Positions 28,233-37,631 of a stretch of DNA of 62,382 bases are shown here, piece after piece. Positions within the stretch are counted from its first letter, which is position 1. The number at the start of each line of letters is the position of its first letter. This stretch comes from an uncultured Collinsella sp. GTDB lineage: Bacteria; Actinomycetota; Coriobacteriia; Coriobacteriales; Coriobacteriaceae. The stretch is from the NCBI GenBank assembly GCA_959599615.1, contig CAUGKA010000001.1:1-62382 (forward strand), written 5' to 3'. The notes below the pieces were generated by a model. The model did no database searches. It saw only the letters and a program-made list of their open reading frames with translations, and was not told the DNA's origin. Position numbers and translations under genes: made by a program.

Positions 28233-29543
28233 ATGTTGGGAAAGCTGACCGTCAACGGTCGCCAGGACGGCTTTTTGTGCGAGGGCAAACCGTTCTTCTG
28301 GTTTGCCGATACGTGCTGGAGCGCATTTACGAGCATCGCCGAGGACGACTGGGACTACTACCTGACCCGCCGTGCCGAGCAGGGCATGAACGTGCTGCAG
28401 ATCAACACGCTGCCGCAGTGGGATCGCTGCTGTCCCGATCTGGGCATTTGGCCCTATGCCAGCGAGGACGGCGTGCACTTTGATTGGTCCTGCCCCAACC
28501 AGGCGTATTGGGATCGTGCCGCCGCCATGTGCCGCGTGGCCGTCGAGCACGGCATTCGTCCGGCGCTCGTGCTCATGTGGTGCAACTACGTGCCCGGTAC
28601 CTGGGGTGCCAAGATCGCCGAGCGTTGCGGTGCCGAGATTATGCCGCGTGAGGAGGTTCGCGCCCACGTTGCCCGCGTTGTCGAGAACCTGGGCGAGTTC
28701 GACCCTGTCTACGTGGTGACGGGTGATACCGATTTTGCCGGCGACGAGGCGATTGCCTATTACGAGGACGCGCTCGACGAGGTCGTCAAGCGTGCGCCCG
28801 AGGCGCTGCGCACCATGCATATCAACCGCGGCAATCGCACCATTCCGGCGCAGTATCTGGACCGTCTTGACTTTTACATGTTCCAACCCGGCCACAACTA
28901 CGAGGGCCAGCCCGAGGCATGGCGTCTGCCGCAGGACTTTATCGCCAACTATCCCAAAAAGCCGATGGTCAACTCCGAGCCTTGCTACGAGCAGATGGGC
29001 GCGTCGCGCAACGTGTACTGGCGTTTTACCGCGCAGGATTGCCGTGCGAGCGTATGGTCGTCGATTCTTGCCGGTGCCAGTGCCGGCGTGACCTATGGCG
29101 CACACGGCGTGTGGAACTGGCAGACATCGCGCAGCCAGGGTTCGGTCCTGGGCGAGGGCTTTGACATGCCGTTCCGCTGGCAAGAGTGCCTGCAGTTTGC
29201 GGGCGTGTGGGACTTTGGCGCGATCGAGCATGTGCTTGCCGGCCTGGGTGCCACGGCTGCCGACGACGCGCTTGCCGTGGTACCGGCGCAGGAGCTTCTC
29301 GACGACGCGCGCGAGGCCATTCGCGTGGCGCGCGTTGGCGATCGCGTCGTCACGTACCTGCCGCGCACCACGGCGCTTACGTTTAAGCTCGATGGCGCGC
29401 GTGGCTGGACGGCGACGGTCCTCGACATGGAGGACAAGCGCATCGCAAAACTGCCCGTCCGTGACAACGGTGACGGCACCGTGCGCGTGGCGCAGCATCC
29501 CTTTGAGCACGACGCGCTGGTGATCCTGGCCCCCGGGCGCTAA
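28233..29543 (+). CDS. DUF4038 apiosidase-like (GH140-related) glycoside hydrolase
   Basis: GKPFFWFADTCW, R..QG.NVLQ, GD, QPGH, KP.VNSEPCYE, GVTYGAHGVW; no signal peptide. Confidence 0.78.
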   Translation: MLGKLTVNGRQDGFLCEGKPFFWFADTCWSAFTSIAEDDWDYYLTRRAEQGMNVLQINTLPQWDRCCPDLGIWPYASEDGVHFDWSCPNQAYWDRAAAMCRVAVEHGIRPALVLMWCNYVPGTWGAKIAERCGAEIMPREEVRAHVARVVENLGEFDPVYVVTGDTDFAGDEAIAYYEDALDEVVKRAPEALRTMHINRGNRTIPAQYLDRLDFYMFQPGHNYEGQPEAWRLPQDFIANYPKKPMVNSEPCYEQMGASRNVYWRFTAQDCRASVWSSILAGASAGVTYGAHGVWNWQTSRSQGSVLGEGFDMPFRWQECLQFAGVWDFGAIEHVLAGLGATAADDALAVVPAQELLDDAREAIRVARVGDRVVTYLPRTTALTFKLDGARGWTATVLDMEDKRIAKLPVRDNGDGTVRVAQHPFEHDALVILAPGR

Positions 29544-29571
29544 CGGCTCTTCTCCAGCATTTACTACTCCT

Positions 29572-29752
29572 ACTCATTGGGGACAGACTTAAATGAGTGC
29601 CCAATGACTATCCGCAGAATGAGAGTGGATAATCTTCCGTTTTTGGCCTTCATACAGGCTCAAAGTGGGAGATTATCCACTCTCGTCATTTGATTGGCAC
29701 TTGCACTCATTGGGGACGTACTTAAATGAGTGACAGTTGGGGACGCTCCTTG
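29572..29752. repeat. Mosaic GGGGAC/64-bp hairpin repeat, second copy
   Basis: Aligns with 14151-14320. Confidence 0.85.
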
Positions 29753-29922
29753 CCGGGCTGGAAGTCGCGCGTGCATCTTCTGGGTCATGCGGCTCAAAAC
29801 CGGTGTATGCCGTGGGCTGTTGGGGTCAAATTGGCGGCATTTCGAGGATGGGTTCGATATTGGGACTGGTTCTCTAATAGAATAGATTTGCAGGCAATTA
29901 AACGACTGCGGGGGGGGTATTC

Positions 29923-31467
29923 ATGAAAGGTATGGGAGACACGGCCGCGTACTTTCGTCGGGGCATTCGGGAGATTATATGCCTGGCGCTGTTCTATTTT
30001 ACGTTTTTGGCTGGCGAGTACCTCTTCGACGTGCGTGTGGCCGAGTTTGTGCCGCCGAGTGAGGTCGTTGTCTACGAGAGCCTCATCATCGGTGCGAGCG
30101 TGATCGGCTTTTTTGTGCGTCCTATTCTGTACTATCGCCGCCCCCGTGTGATCGATACGACGAGCGACATCACGGGCGTGCTGCTGGTAGCGGCATTGCT
30201 GCTGATGATTATGGCGGTACAGTTTGGGGTGCTCATTGCCGGCGGTTTGATGGCATGCTGCACGCTGGGCTACTGCGGATCGACCGCCCACGCCAACTTT
30301 GCGCGGCGCTTTGCGCGGACGCCGTATTTGGCGCGCGCGGCGGCACTTTCGTATGGCCTGGGTGTTCTGGTGCAGGTACTCAACCATATGGTGATGCCCG
30401 CGGGGATTCCGCAACAGTTTGTTCTTGTTGCCTGTGCGGTTGTGCAGGTAGCGCTGCTCCACGACGCTCGTCGTGCCAAGCTGCGCGGTGAATCTGAGCC
30501 TGGGCTCGAGTCCGATATCGCCGAGCTTTCGGTGGATGCGTCGGAGTTTGGCGCCAAGTGGCAAGACGATTCTGAATCAACGGCGGCTTTTCGGCGCGCC
30601 GTGGTGCGTCTGACGGTCGCAATCGCCTGCCTTACCGGTGTGTTTGCCGCCCTCAATGCAGGGCTCACGACCTCGCAAGCCGCAGGGTCCGTTGACTTGG
30701 GCGATTGGTCGCGCTTGCTGATGGGCGTGAGCGCTCTGCTCGCCGGCGCCCTATTTGACCTGCACGATCGTTCGTATATGAACATCACCATGACTTGCAC
30801 TGCCATGTTGTCCGCGCTTTCGTTCTTTGTCTTGCTCGTCGACGGCAATGGCGGCAATGCGCTTGCGGCCATTGCGATTTTCTATCTGGGTTCGGGCTTC
30901 TTCGTGGTGTTTTTCACGACGAAATTTGCTGCCATTTCGGTTTATGCGCACTGGTCGTATCTGTGGCCGTGCATGGGCCGTGTCATCAACAACGTTTGTG
31001 CGATGTTCGTGACGGCGCCGGCGGTGGCGATTGTTTCGAGCCAGAACGTGCTGCTGGCGGTGGGTGCCGGGCTCGTGCTGTTTGTGGGTATTGCGATTTC
31101 ACTGCTGGGACAGTTTGGGCATAGGACCGATGACATTGCGGCGCTGAACGAGCTGGCGTTTGCTGCCGACGACCTTGATGATGGCTCCGTGTCTGCCCAA
31201 GGCGAGCCCGCCCCCACGGAGGTGCCGGAGCTCACGCTCGACGAGCGTCTCGATGCCTTCGTCGCTGCCTTTGAGCTTACGCAGCGCGAACGCGATATTT
31301 TGGAGGCCTTGGTCGCATCGAATGAGAGCGTTCAGGGCATCGCCGCAACGCTCTTCCTTTCGCGCTCCACGCTCTACCGGCATATCGCCTCGATCAACAA
31401 AAAGACCGGTGCCGCCTCGCGCGTGGCCCTCATCAACTTCTTCTGGTCCTGGTCGCCCCAAGACTAG
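29923..31467 (+). CDS. Transmembrane LuxR-type one-component regulator (Coriobacteriia type)
   Basis: ~12 hydrophobic segments then LTQRERDIL...IAATLFLSRSTLYRHIASI.KK HTH. Confidence 0.85.
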   Translation: MKGMGDTAAYFRRGIREIICLALFYFTFLAGEYLFDVRVAEFVPPSEVVVYESLIIGASVIGFFVRPILYYRRPRVIDTTSDITGVLLVAALLLMIMAVQFGVLIAGGLMACCTLGYCGSTAHANFARRFARTPYLARAAALSYGLGVLVQVLNHMVMPAGIPQQFVLVACAVVQVALLHDARRAKLRGESEPGLESDIAELSVDASEFGAKWQDDSESTAAFRRAVVRLTVAIACLTGVFAALNAGLTTSQAAGSVDLGDWSRLLMGVSALLAGALFDLHDRSYMNITMTCTAMLSALSFFVLLVDGNGGNALAAIAIFYLGSGFFVVFFTTKFAAISVYAHWSYLWPCMGRVINNVCAMFVTAPAVAIVSSQNVLLAVGAGLVLFVGIAISLLGQFGHRTDDIAALNELAFAADDLDDGSVSAQGEPAPTEVPELTLDERLDAFVAAFELTQRERDILEALVASNESVQGIAATLFLSRSTLYRHIASINKKTGAASRVALINFFWSWSPQD

Positions 31468-31566
31468 CTCATTTGGGACGGGGCTTTTTTAGCTGTTTTG
31501 GGCCGCAGCGACCAGCAGGGGCGGGTCGCTGCGGCCCAAGTATTCTTGGTGATGGCACTGGTGGCG

Positions 31567-34335
31567 CTACAGCAGCTCGCCGTGGCGGGCGATGTAGCGG
31601 TGCTTGGCCAGCTGGGTGAGCGCGATGTAGGCGGCGACGATGCCGACGAGCAGCGCGAAGAAGCTCGGCGGCAGCGGCATGAGGCCCAGCGCATCGGCAA
31701 TGGGGCTTGCCGGTAGCCAGGTGACGAGCGCCAGGCCCAGCACGGTGAGGACGCACAGCGCGGGTGCGGCGTGGTCGCGCGGGCTCGGCAGGCGCGGGGA
31801 GCGCAGCATGTGGATCACGAGCGTCTGCGACCACATGGACTCGACAAACCAGCCACTCTGGAAGAGCGCCGCAAAGGCTGCCATGCCCGTGACATTGCCC
31901 GCGGCGGCAAGCTCGGACCAGCTTGCGCCCACGGCGGCGGGGCACACCACAAAGAAGAGCGCGGCGAAGGTCACGATATCAAGCAGCGAGCTCACAGGGC
32001 CCAGCTCGAGCATAAAGCCCTTGATGGACGCGGCGTCCCAGGCGCGCGGACGGGCAGTCCAGGCGTCGTCGACGGTGTCCCACGGCAGCGCGATGCACAC
32101 GATCTCGTAGACCAGCGACAGCAGCACCAACTGCAGAGCGCTCATGGGCAAGAATGGCAAGAACAGGCTCGCGACGGTCACGGACAGCACGTTGCCAAAG
32201 TTGGAGCTCACCGTGGTCTTGAGGTACTTGAGCAGGTTGCCGTAGGTGCGGCGGCCTTCGATGATGCCGCGCTCGAGCACGCCCAGGTCTTTCTGGAGCA
32301 AGATGATGTCGGCGGATTCCTTGGCGATGTCGACGGCGGAGTCGACCGAGATGCCGCAGTCGCTCGCACGCATGGCGGCGGCGTCGTTGATGCCATCGCC
32401 CATAAAGCCCACGGTGTGGCCGAGCAGCTCGCGCATGACACGCACCAGACGCGCCTTCTGCAGCGGCGAGAGCTTGGCGAAGAGGTGGGTGTTCTCGGCG
32501 CGCTCGGCAAGTTCGGCGTCATCGAGCGCATCGATCTCGGAGCCGAGCAAGACGTTGCTCGCGTCGATACCGATCTGTTCGCAGACGGTGGCGGCAACGC
32601 GGTCGTTGTCGCCGGTCAGGACCTTGACCGCCACACCCTTGGCCTCGAGCGTGGCGACGGCGCCCGCGGCACTCGCCTTGGGCGGATCGAGGAAGGCCAA
32701 AAAGCCCATCAACACCATGTCGCATTCGTCGGCGATGCCAAACTCGCCCACGCAGCGCGGATTGGTTTTCTGCGCCACGGCAATCACGCGCAGGCCCTCG
32801 GCGTTGAGCCCGGCGACCTGCTTGCGAATCTGGGCGAGCTTATCTTCGGTAAGCGGCTGGGCGGCGCCATCGACCTCGACAAAGGAGCAGATCTCGAGCA
32901 TTTCCTCGGCAGCTCCCTTGGTGACCATCTGGGTTTTGCCCTGGGCGTCGGCGACAACTACGCTCAGGCGACGGCGCGAGAAATCGAAGGGCACCTCGTC
33001 GACCTTGGTATAGCGGTCGCGCAGGCTCTGGCCCAGCATAGAATCGGGCACGACGGTCGAGGGCGTCACATCGGCACGGTCGATGACGGCCAGGTCGATA
33101 AGGTTTTTGAGGCCGGTCTGGAAGAAGCTGTTCAAAAACGCATGGCGCAGCACGCGCGCATCCTCGTTGCCGTCGGTGTTGAGGTAGCGCTCGAGCACGA
33201 TGCGGTCTTCGGTGAGGGTGCCGGTCTTGTCGCAGCACAGGACGTCCATCGCGCCGAGGTTTTGGATCGCCGGCAGCTCCTTGACGATAACCTGGCGGCG
33301 GGCGAGGTCCTTGGCGCCCTGCGACAGGCTCGTGGTCACGATGACGGGAAGCATCTGCGGCGTGATGCCCACGGCCACGCTCGTGGCGAACAACAGCGCA
33401 TCGATGACGTTGCCCTTGGTGGCGGCGTTGATGGCAAAGACCGCCGGCGCCATAACGAGCATGAGGCGCACGAGCAGCATGGAGACGCTCGAGACGCCGC
33501 GGTCAAACGCGCTCTTCTCGCCGCGCCCGTTGAGCATCTTGGCGATGCCGCCCAGGTAGGTGTCCGAGCCGGTGGCAACGACAAGCGCCATGGCGGTGCC
33601 GTTTTGCACGGAGGTGCCGGTAAAGACGATGTTCTTGCAGGCAGACAGCGGCAACGCGGAGCTGTCGGCGCCCTCAATGACAGCTGCGGCAGAGGTCTTC
33701 TCGACGGCCTCGCTCTCGCCCGTGAGCGCGGACTCGATCACAAACAGGTCGCGCGCGGTGATGATGCGGGCATCGGCCGGCACCATATCGCCGGCAGAGA
33801 GACGGATCACATCGCCGGGGACGAGCTCGTCGAAGGGGATTTCGAGGCGCTCGTCGTCGCGCAGGGCGCAGCAGGTGTTAGAGACCAGGTCCTTGAGGGC
33901 CTCGGCCGCATTGCCGCTGCGGGCTTCCTGGATAAACTTCATGCCGCCCGATACCAGCAACATGATGCCGATGACGATGACCGTGGAGGGGTCGCGCTGC
34001 GGCTCGGGCACGGCGAGCACGTCGATGTAGAGCGAGACCAGCGCGAGCGCGGCGAGGATGCCGGCGAAGGGGTCAACGAATGCGTCGGCGATGCGGCGCA
34101 CAAGCGTCTTGGTCGGCGCCTCGATGGTGTTGGGGCCGACGGCGTTCAGGCGCTCGGCGGCATGCTCGGCAGTGAGTCCGTCGGCCGTGGCGTCGAGCAG
34201 CACGAGGGCGTCCTCGGCGTTATGGGTGGCGGCGAATATGATGTTCTTGGACATGCCGGCGCGAGCGGCGGGGCGCGCCGTGCGGCGGCGCTTGGAGATG
34301 GCTTCGAGTACCGTGGCGGTTTTGAGCATCAGCAT
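31567..34335 (-). CDS. mgtA: Magnesium-translocating P-type ATPase
   Basis: LTGES, VGITPQMLP, DKTGTLT, FQTGLKNLID, PFDF.RRR, KGA.EE, TGDN, GDGIND, SSNFGN; AAGGAGG RBS. Confidence 0.93.
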   Translation of the reverse strand: MLMLKTATVLEAISKRRRTARPAARAGMSKNIIFAATHNAEDALVLLDATADGLTAEHAAERLNAVGPNTIEAPTKTLVRRIADAFVDPFAGILAALALVSLYIDVLAVPEPQRDPSTVIVIGIMLLVSGGMKFIQEARSGNAAEALKDLVSNTCCALRDDERLEIPFDELVPGDVIRLSAGDMVPADARIITARDLFVIESALTGESEAVEKTSAAAVIEGADSSALPLSACKNIVFTGTSVQNGTAMALVVATGSDTYLGGIAKMLNGRGEKSAFDRGVSSVSMLLVRLMLVMAPAVFAINAATKGNVIDALLFATSVAVGITPQMLPVIVTTSLSQGAKDLARRQVIVKELPAIQNLGAMDVLCCDKTGTLTEDRIVLERYLNTDGNEDARVLRHAFLNSFFQTGLKNLIDLAVIDRADVTPSTVVPDSMLGQSLRDRYTKVDEVPFDFSRRRLSVVVADAQGKTQMVTKGAAEEMLEICSFVEVDGAAQPLTEDKLAQIRKQVAGLNAEGLRVIAVAQKTNPRCVGEFGIADECDMVLMGFLAFLDPPKASAAGAVATLEAKGVAVKVLTGDNDRVAATVCEQIGIDASNVLLGSEIDALDDAELAERAENTHLFAKLSPLQKARLVRVMRELLGHTVGFMGDGINDAAAMRASDCGISVDSAVDIAKESADIILLQKDLGVLERGIIEGRRTYGNLLKYLKTTVSSNFGNVLSVTVASLFLPFLPMSALQLVLLSLVYEIVCIALPWDTVDDAWTARPRAWDAASIKGFMLELGPVSSLLDIVTFAALFFVVCPAAVGASWSELAAAGNVTGMAAFAALFQSGWFVESMWSQTLVIHMLRSPRLPSPRDHAAPALCVLTVLGLALVTWLPASPIADALGLMPLPPSFFALLVGIVAAYIALTQLAKHRYIARHGELL

Positions 34336-34417
34336 AGGGTCCTCCTTGTTGAAGGGAGTTAGCGTACGTGTCGTATTTGCTTCAAAAAACCTAGATGTCG
34401 CTCACGTCATACTCACG

Positions 34418-34454
34418 AACCACCACAAAGGGGACAGACACCTTTGTGGTGGTT
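34418..34454. repeat. REP-like palindrome in mgtA leader
   Basis: aaccaccacaaagg-ggacagaca-cctttgtggtggtt. Confidence 0.85.
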
Positions 34455-34475
34455 TTGACGATCGGTTAGTGGCGC

Positions 34476-34547
34476 TTATGCGTGCGCGGAATCCTCGCGG
34501 CGTGCCGAGGGCGACATGCAGGTTTTTCGACTATGGCTGCCTTCCAT
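34476..34547 (-). CDS. Putative 23-aa leader peptide upstream of mgtA (MEGSHSRKTCMSPSARREDSAHA)
   Basis: AAGGGGGT RBS 5 nt before ATG; TTGACA on the minus strand at 34637-34642. Confidence 0.35.
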   Translation of the reverse strand: MEGSHSRKTCMSPSARREDSAHA

Positions 34548-34772
34548 GGCACACCCCCTTAAGGCCGGGCGCGGCGCGCTTTGGGTATCTCGTACCCGTT
34601 TTAATCCGCCCGTATTTTTGATGAGGGGGTTTGCCGTGTCAACCCCTTTGTTTGGAAAACCATTGCCCCTGACAAAGCCTTTACAGAACGCCGTGGCCTC
34701 AAAGCGCGCCCGCACCGACGCTTCGCCTGCGCTAAACTGGAAAGCACGTACGCAATTACGAGAGGAGCCCAC

Positions 34773-35453
34773 ATGGAGGCTTACAAGCAAGAGTTCATCA
34801 AGTTTATGGTCGAGTCCGACGTTCTTAAGTTCGGCAGCTTTACGCTCAAGAGCGGCCGTCAGTCCCCGTTCTTTATGAACGCCGGCGCTTACGTGACGGG
34901 CTACCAGCTCAAGAAGCTGGGCGAGTATTACGCCCAGGCAATCCACGATAACTTTGGCGACGACTTTGACGTGCTGTTTGGACCGGCCTACAAGGGTATT
35001 CCGCTGGCCGTCGTGACCGCAATTGCCTACCACGAGCTGTACGGCAAGGAGGTCAAGTACTGCTGCGATCGCAAGGAGGCCAAGGACCACGGCGCCGACA
35101 AGGGCAACCTGCTGGGCTACGAGCCCCAGGACGGCGACCGCGTGATTATGGTCGAGGACGTCACCACCAGCGGCAAGTCCATCGACGAGACCTATCCCAA
35201 GGTCAAGGCTGCTGCCGATGTCGAGATCAAGGGCCTGATTGTGTCCCTCAACCGCATGGAGGTCGGCAAGGGTGGCGTGACCACCGCGCAGAAGGAGATC
35301 GAGGCCAAGTACGGTTTCCCCGTCGCAAGCATCGTCTCCATGGCCGAGGTCGTCGAGACCCTCTACAACCACGAGATCGACGGCAAAGTCGTCATCGACG
35401 ACGAGCTCAAGGCCGCTATCGACGCCTATTACGAGCAGTACGGAGCTCGTTAG
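34773..35453 (+). CDS. pyrE: Orotate phosphoribosyltransferase
   Basis: FGSFTLKSGRQSPFF, LFGPAYKGIP, RKEAKDHG, VEDVTTSG PRPP loop. Confidence 0.96.
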   Translation: MEAYKQEFIKFMVESDVLKFGSFTLKSGRQSPFFMNAGAYVTGYQLKKLGEYYAQAIHDNFGDDFDVLFGPAYKGIPLAVVTAIAYHELYGKEVKYCCDRKEAKDHGADKGNLLGYEPQDGDRVIMVEDVTTSGKSIDETYPKVKAAADVEIKGLIVSLNRMEVGKGGVTTAQKEIEAKYGFPVASIVSMAEVVETLYNHEIDGKVVIDDELKAAIDAYYEQYGAR

Positions 35454-35601
35454 TTACGGCGTTTTACCAAACGCCGTAACTGCTCGACGCTGCGCGGGCC
35501 GCATTTGGACAATCTGACGTTCAACTTCAAGGGCGCGACCAGAAGGTCAGCGCCCTTTCGTTTCACGTCACCTTGTCTCAAATGCGGCCCGCTCGCTGTC
35601 G
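35452..35601. repeat. Structured ~150-nt element, copy A
   Basis: GTTACGGCGTTT..AAACGCCGTAAC hairpin + long interrupted stem; covarying copy at 44451-44600. Confidence 0.75.
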
Positions 35602-35626
35602 TTGCCAAAACATCGGCGTTGCTGGG

Positions 35627-35740
35627 CCGGCACTTGGGGACGTTCCTTTTCTGCCGGCACCTGGGGACACTCCTGATGTGGTCGTTGGGGACGTTCTTAA
35701 ATGACTACTCAGGATGAGCGTCCAAAAATCCGCGCTCGTT
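35627..35740. repeat. GGGGAC-core mosaic repeat
   Basis: Three TGGGGAC modules and GAGCGTCCAAAAATCC module shared with other copies. Confidence 0.75.
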
Positions 35741-35845
35741 CGATTGGCGCATGTCTACGCAGCGTAGGTTGTCGAGCCTGGCCTTCAAATGGATACTGAC
35801 TGTCGAACCGGTTCACTCCATTTCTTCAATTTGATCGGACAGCCC

Positions 35846-36466
35846 ATGAACCAGACACGGCAAACCAATGCCTCCCATACTTTTTTGGCAGCGCATGCCA
35901 TTAAGCAACTGCGCGAAGAGCGCGGCCTCACCCAGCGCGCCCTGGCGGAAAGCCTTGGCGTGACCGATAAAGCCGTCAGCAAGTGGGAATCCGGCCGCGG
36001 CCTTCCCGACATTTCCCTCGTTGAGCCTTTGGCCCAGAGACTCGGCATAAGCGTGGCTGAGCTTTTGGCTGGTGACATTCGGGCCAACGCCAACCGTGCA
36101 GGCAATATGCTCAAAGGCGTCTTTTACGTTTGCCCTATCTGCGGAAACGTTGTGCACGCGCTCGGAGAAGGCAGCTTTAGCTGCTGTGGCTCCACGATGT
36201 TTCCCCAGGAGGCCGAAGAGCCGGACGCGGACCACGCCTTTTCCATCGAGCGCATCGAGGACGATTGGTACGTCACGCTCGATCATCCCATGACCAAGGA
36301 TCACTACATTAGCTTTGTGGCATATGCGACTATGGACGGCATCTGCTTTAAGAAGCTCTATCCAGAGCAATCGGTGCAGCCGCGCTTCCATATTACCGGG
36401 CGCGGCAGGATATATCTTTACTGCAACCAACACGGGCTCTTTACGTCGCTGACGCCTCGCAAATAA
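35846..36466 (+). CDS. XRE-HTH fused to desulfoferrodoxin-like domains
   Basis: LTQRALAESLGVTDKAVSKWESG; YVCPICGN..SCCG; HPMTKDHYI..YCNQHG. Confidence 0.85.
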   Translation: MNQTRQTNASHTFLAAHAIKQLREERGLTQRALAESLGVTDKAVSKWESGRGLPDISLVEPLAQRLGISVAELLAGDIRANANRAGNMLKGVFYVCPICGNVVHALGEGSFSCCGSTMFPQEAEEPDADHAFSIERIEDDWYVTLDHPMTKDHYISFVAYATMDGICFKKLYPEQSVQPRFHITGRGRIYLYCNQHGLFTSLTPRK

Positions 36467-36510
36467 CGGCTGTCTACCCGCCCTCCTCATGCGTTTCCCA
36501 GGGGACCCAA

Positions 36511-36610
36511 AATGAGCGTGGATAATCTCCCGGTTTTGGCCTGTGTGCGGGCTCAAAGTGGGAGATTATCCACGCTCGTTATCTGAGTGTCCAAAAATCC
36601 ACGCTCGTCG
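36511..36610. repeat. 64-bp hairpin repeat, third copy
   Basis: gagcgtggataatctccc..gggagattatccacgctc. Confidence 0.85.
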
Positions 36611-37465
36611 TTACTTGAGCCCGGGCAGGCGGGTGTAGGGAAACGACCGCTCGAGGAACTCGGAACAGCGGGCGTAATCTTTGGCAAAGTAGCTGCTGTA
36701 GAGCGAATCGAGCACGTATTGCACGGCGATGTGGCTGGCGAACTGCGTGATGCGGTGCGTCATACTCTCGTGGTCGCTTACCGTGAGATAGGCGGCAAAG
36801 CCGGGGTGAATGCGGGCGCAGTACGGTGTGCCGATGACGATGACCGGGACGCGTCGACTGCTGAGGATCGGCAAGATCTCCCTGAGGTTGGGGGCAAGGC
36901 CGCTGTAGGAGATGACAATCGCCACATGGTCGGGGCCCGAGGCGAGCGCCGTACGCACCTGGGCTTCGACGCTGTCGTGGCACGTCGCGCTTTTACCGGC
37001 GGAAAGCAAGCGATCGCGGAACATTCCCGCTGGATACAGGTTATGCGAGCCCGTGTAGATGTCCACGGTGTCGGCGCGCATGACGAGCTTGGCGGCGTAG
37101 TCGAGCTGTGCGGGGTCGAGCAGTTCCTGCGTTTCGGCCAAGGTGGTCTGGTAGAGCCCCTCCATGCGCTCCATTACCTGTGCGGGGGTGGAGGTGGCAT
37201 CGAAGGGAAAGTTGATGTCCACGTCACGCCGATTGCCCGCCTCGGTCGCCTGGCGGATGAGTTCGACCTTGAGGTCTTTGAATCCCTCGAGGCCGAGCTT
37301 TTTGCAAAAGCGGTGCACGCTCGCGACCGAAACGTTGGCGCACGCGGCAAATTCCTTAATGGAAAGCCCACGCACATCCTCGCCCATGGCGAGGGCCGTT
37401 TGCCCAAGTTGTTGCTCGGTGGGGGTGAGGCTTTTGCCCTGCGTGATCTTTCGCCTGATATCCAT
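36611..37465 (-). CDS. MurR/RpiR-family regulator
   Basis: LTPTE, SVASVHRFCKKLGLEGFKDLK HTH; SIS domain ISYSG. Confidence 0.92.
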   Translation of the reverse strand: MDIRRKITQGKSLTPTEQQLGQTALAMGEDVRGLSIKEFAACANVSVASVHRFCKKLGLEGFKDLKVELIRQATEAGNRRDVDINFPFDATSTPAQVMERMEGLYQTTLAETQELLDPAQLDYAAKLVMRADTVDIYTGSHNLYPAGMFRDRLLSAGKSATCHDSVEAQVRTALASGPDHVAIVISYSGLAPNLREILPILSSRRVPVIVIGTPYCARIHPGFAAYLTVSDHESMTHRITQFASHIAVQYVLDSLYSSYFAKDYARCSEFLERSFPYTRLPGLK

Positions 37466-37631
37466 ATGGCTCCTATGCGTTTGCGTCGCGATAAACCAAT
37501 CATAACGATAAATAAAACGTTCGGCTTGGCTGGGAGTTTTGGTCCGCCGGTCTATGAACGACGGACCGCTCGACGCCGTGCGGGCTCAACATAGGGGCGC
37601 TGTCCTTGTTGGGCCGTTTGCGCCCGGGGCG

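Noticed and set aside
31771..34362. Long antisense ORFs (also 6012-7538, 19347-20726, 26524-28041, 28017-29510)
   Set aside because: Shadow frames of high-GC3 genes with no motifs or RBS; the opposite strand has clear family signatures
34336..34772. M-box (ykoK) riboswitch or PyrR attenuator
   Set aside because: Conserved sequence cores not recognised by eye; needs Infernal to exclude fully
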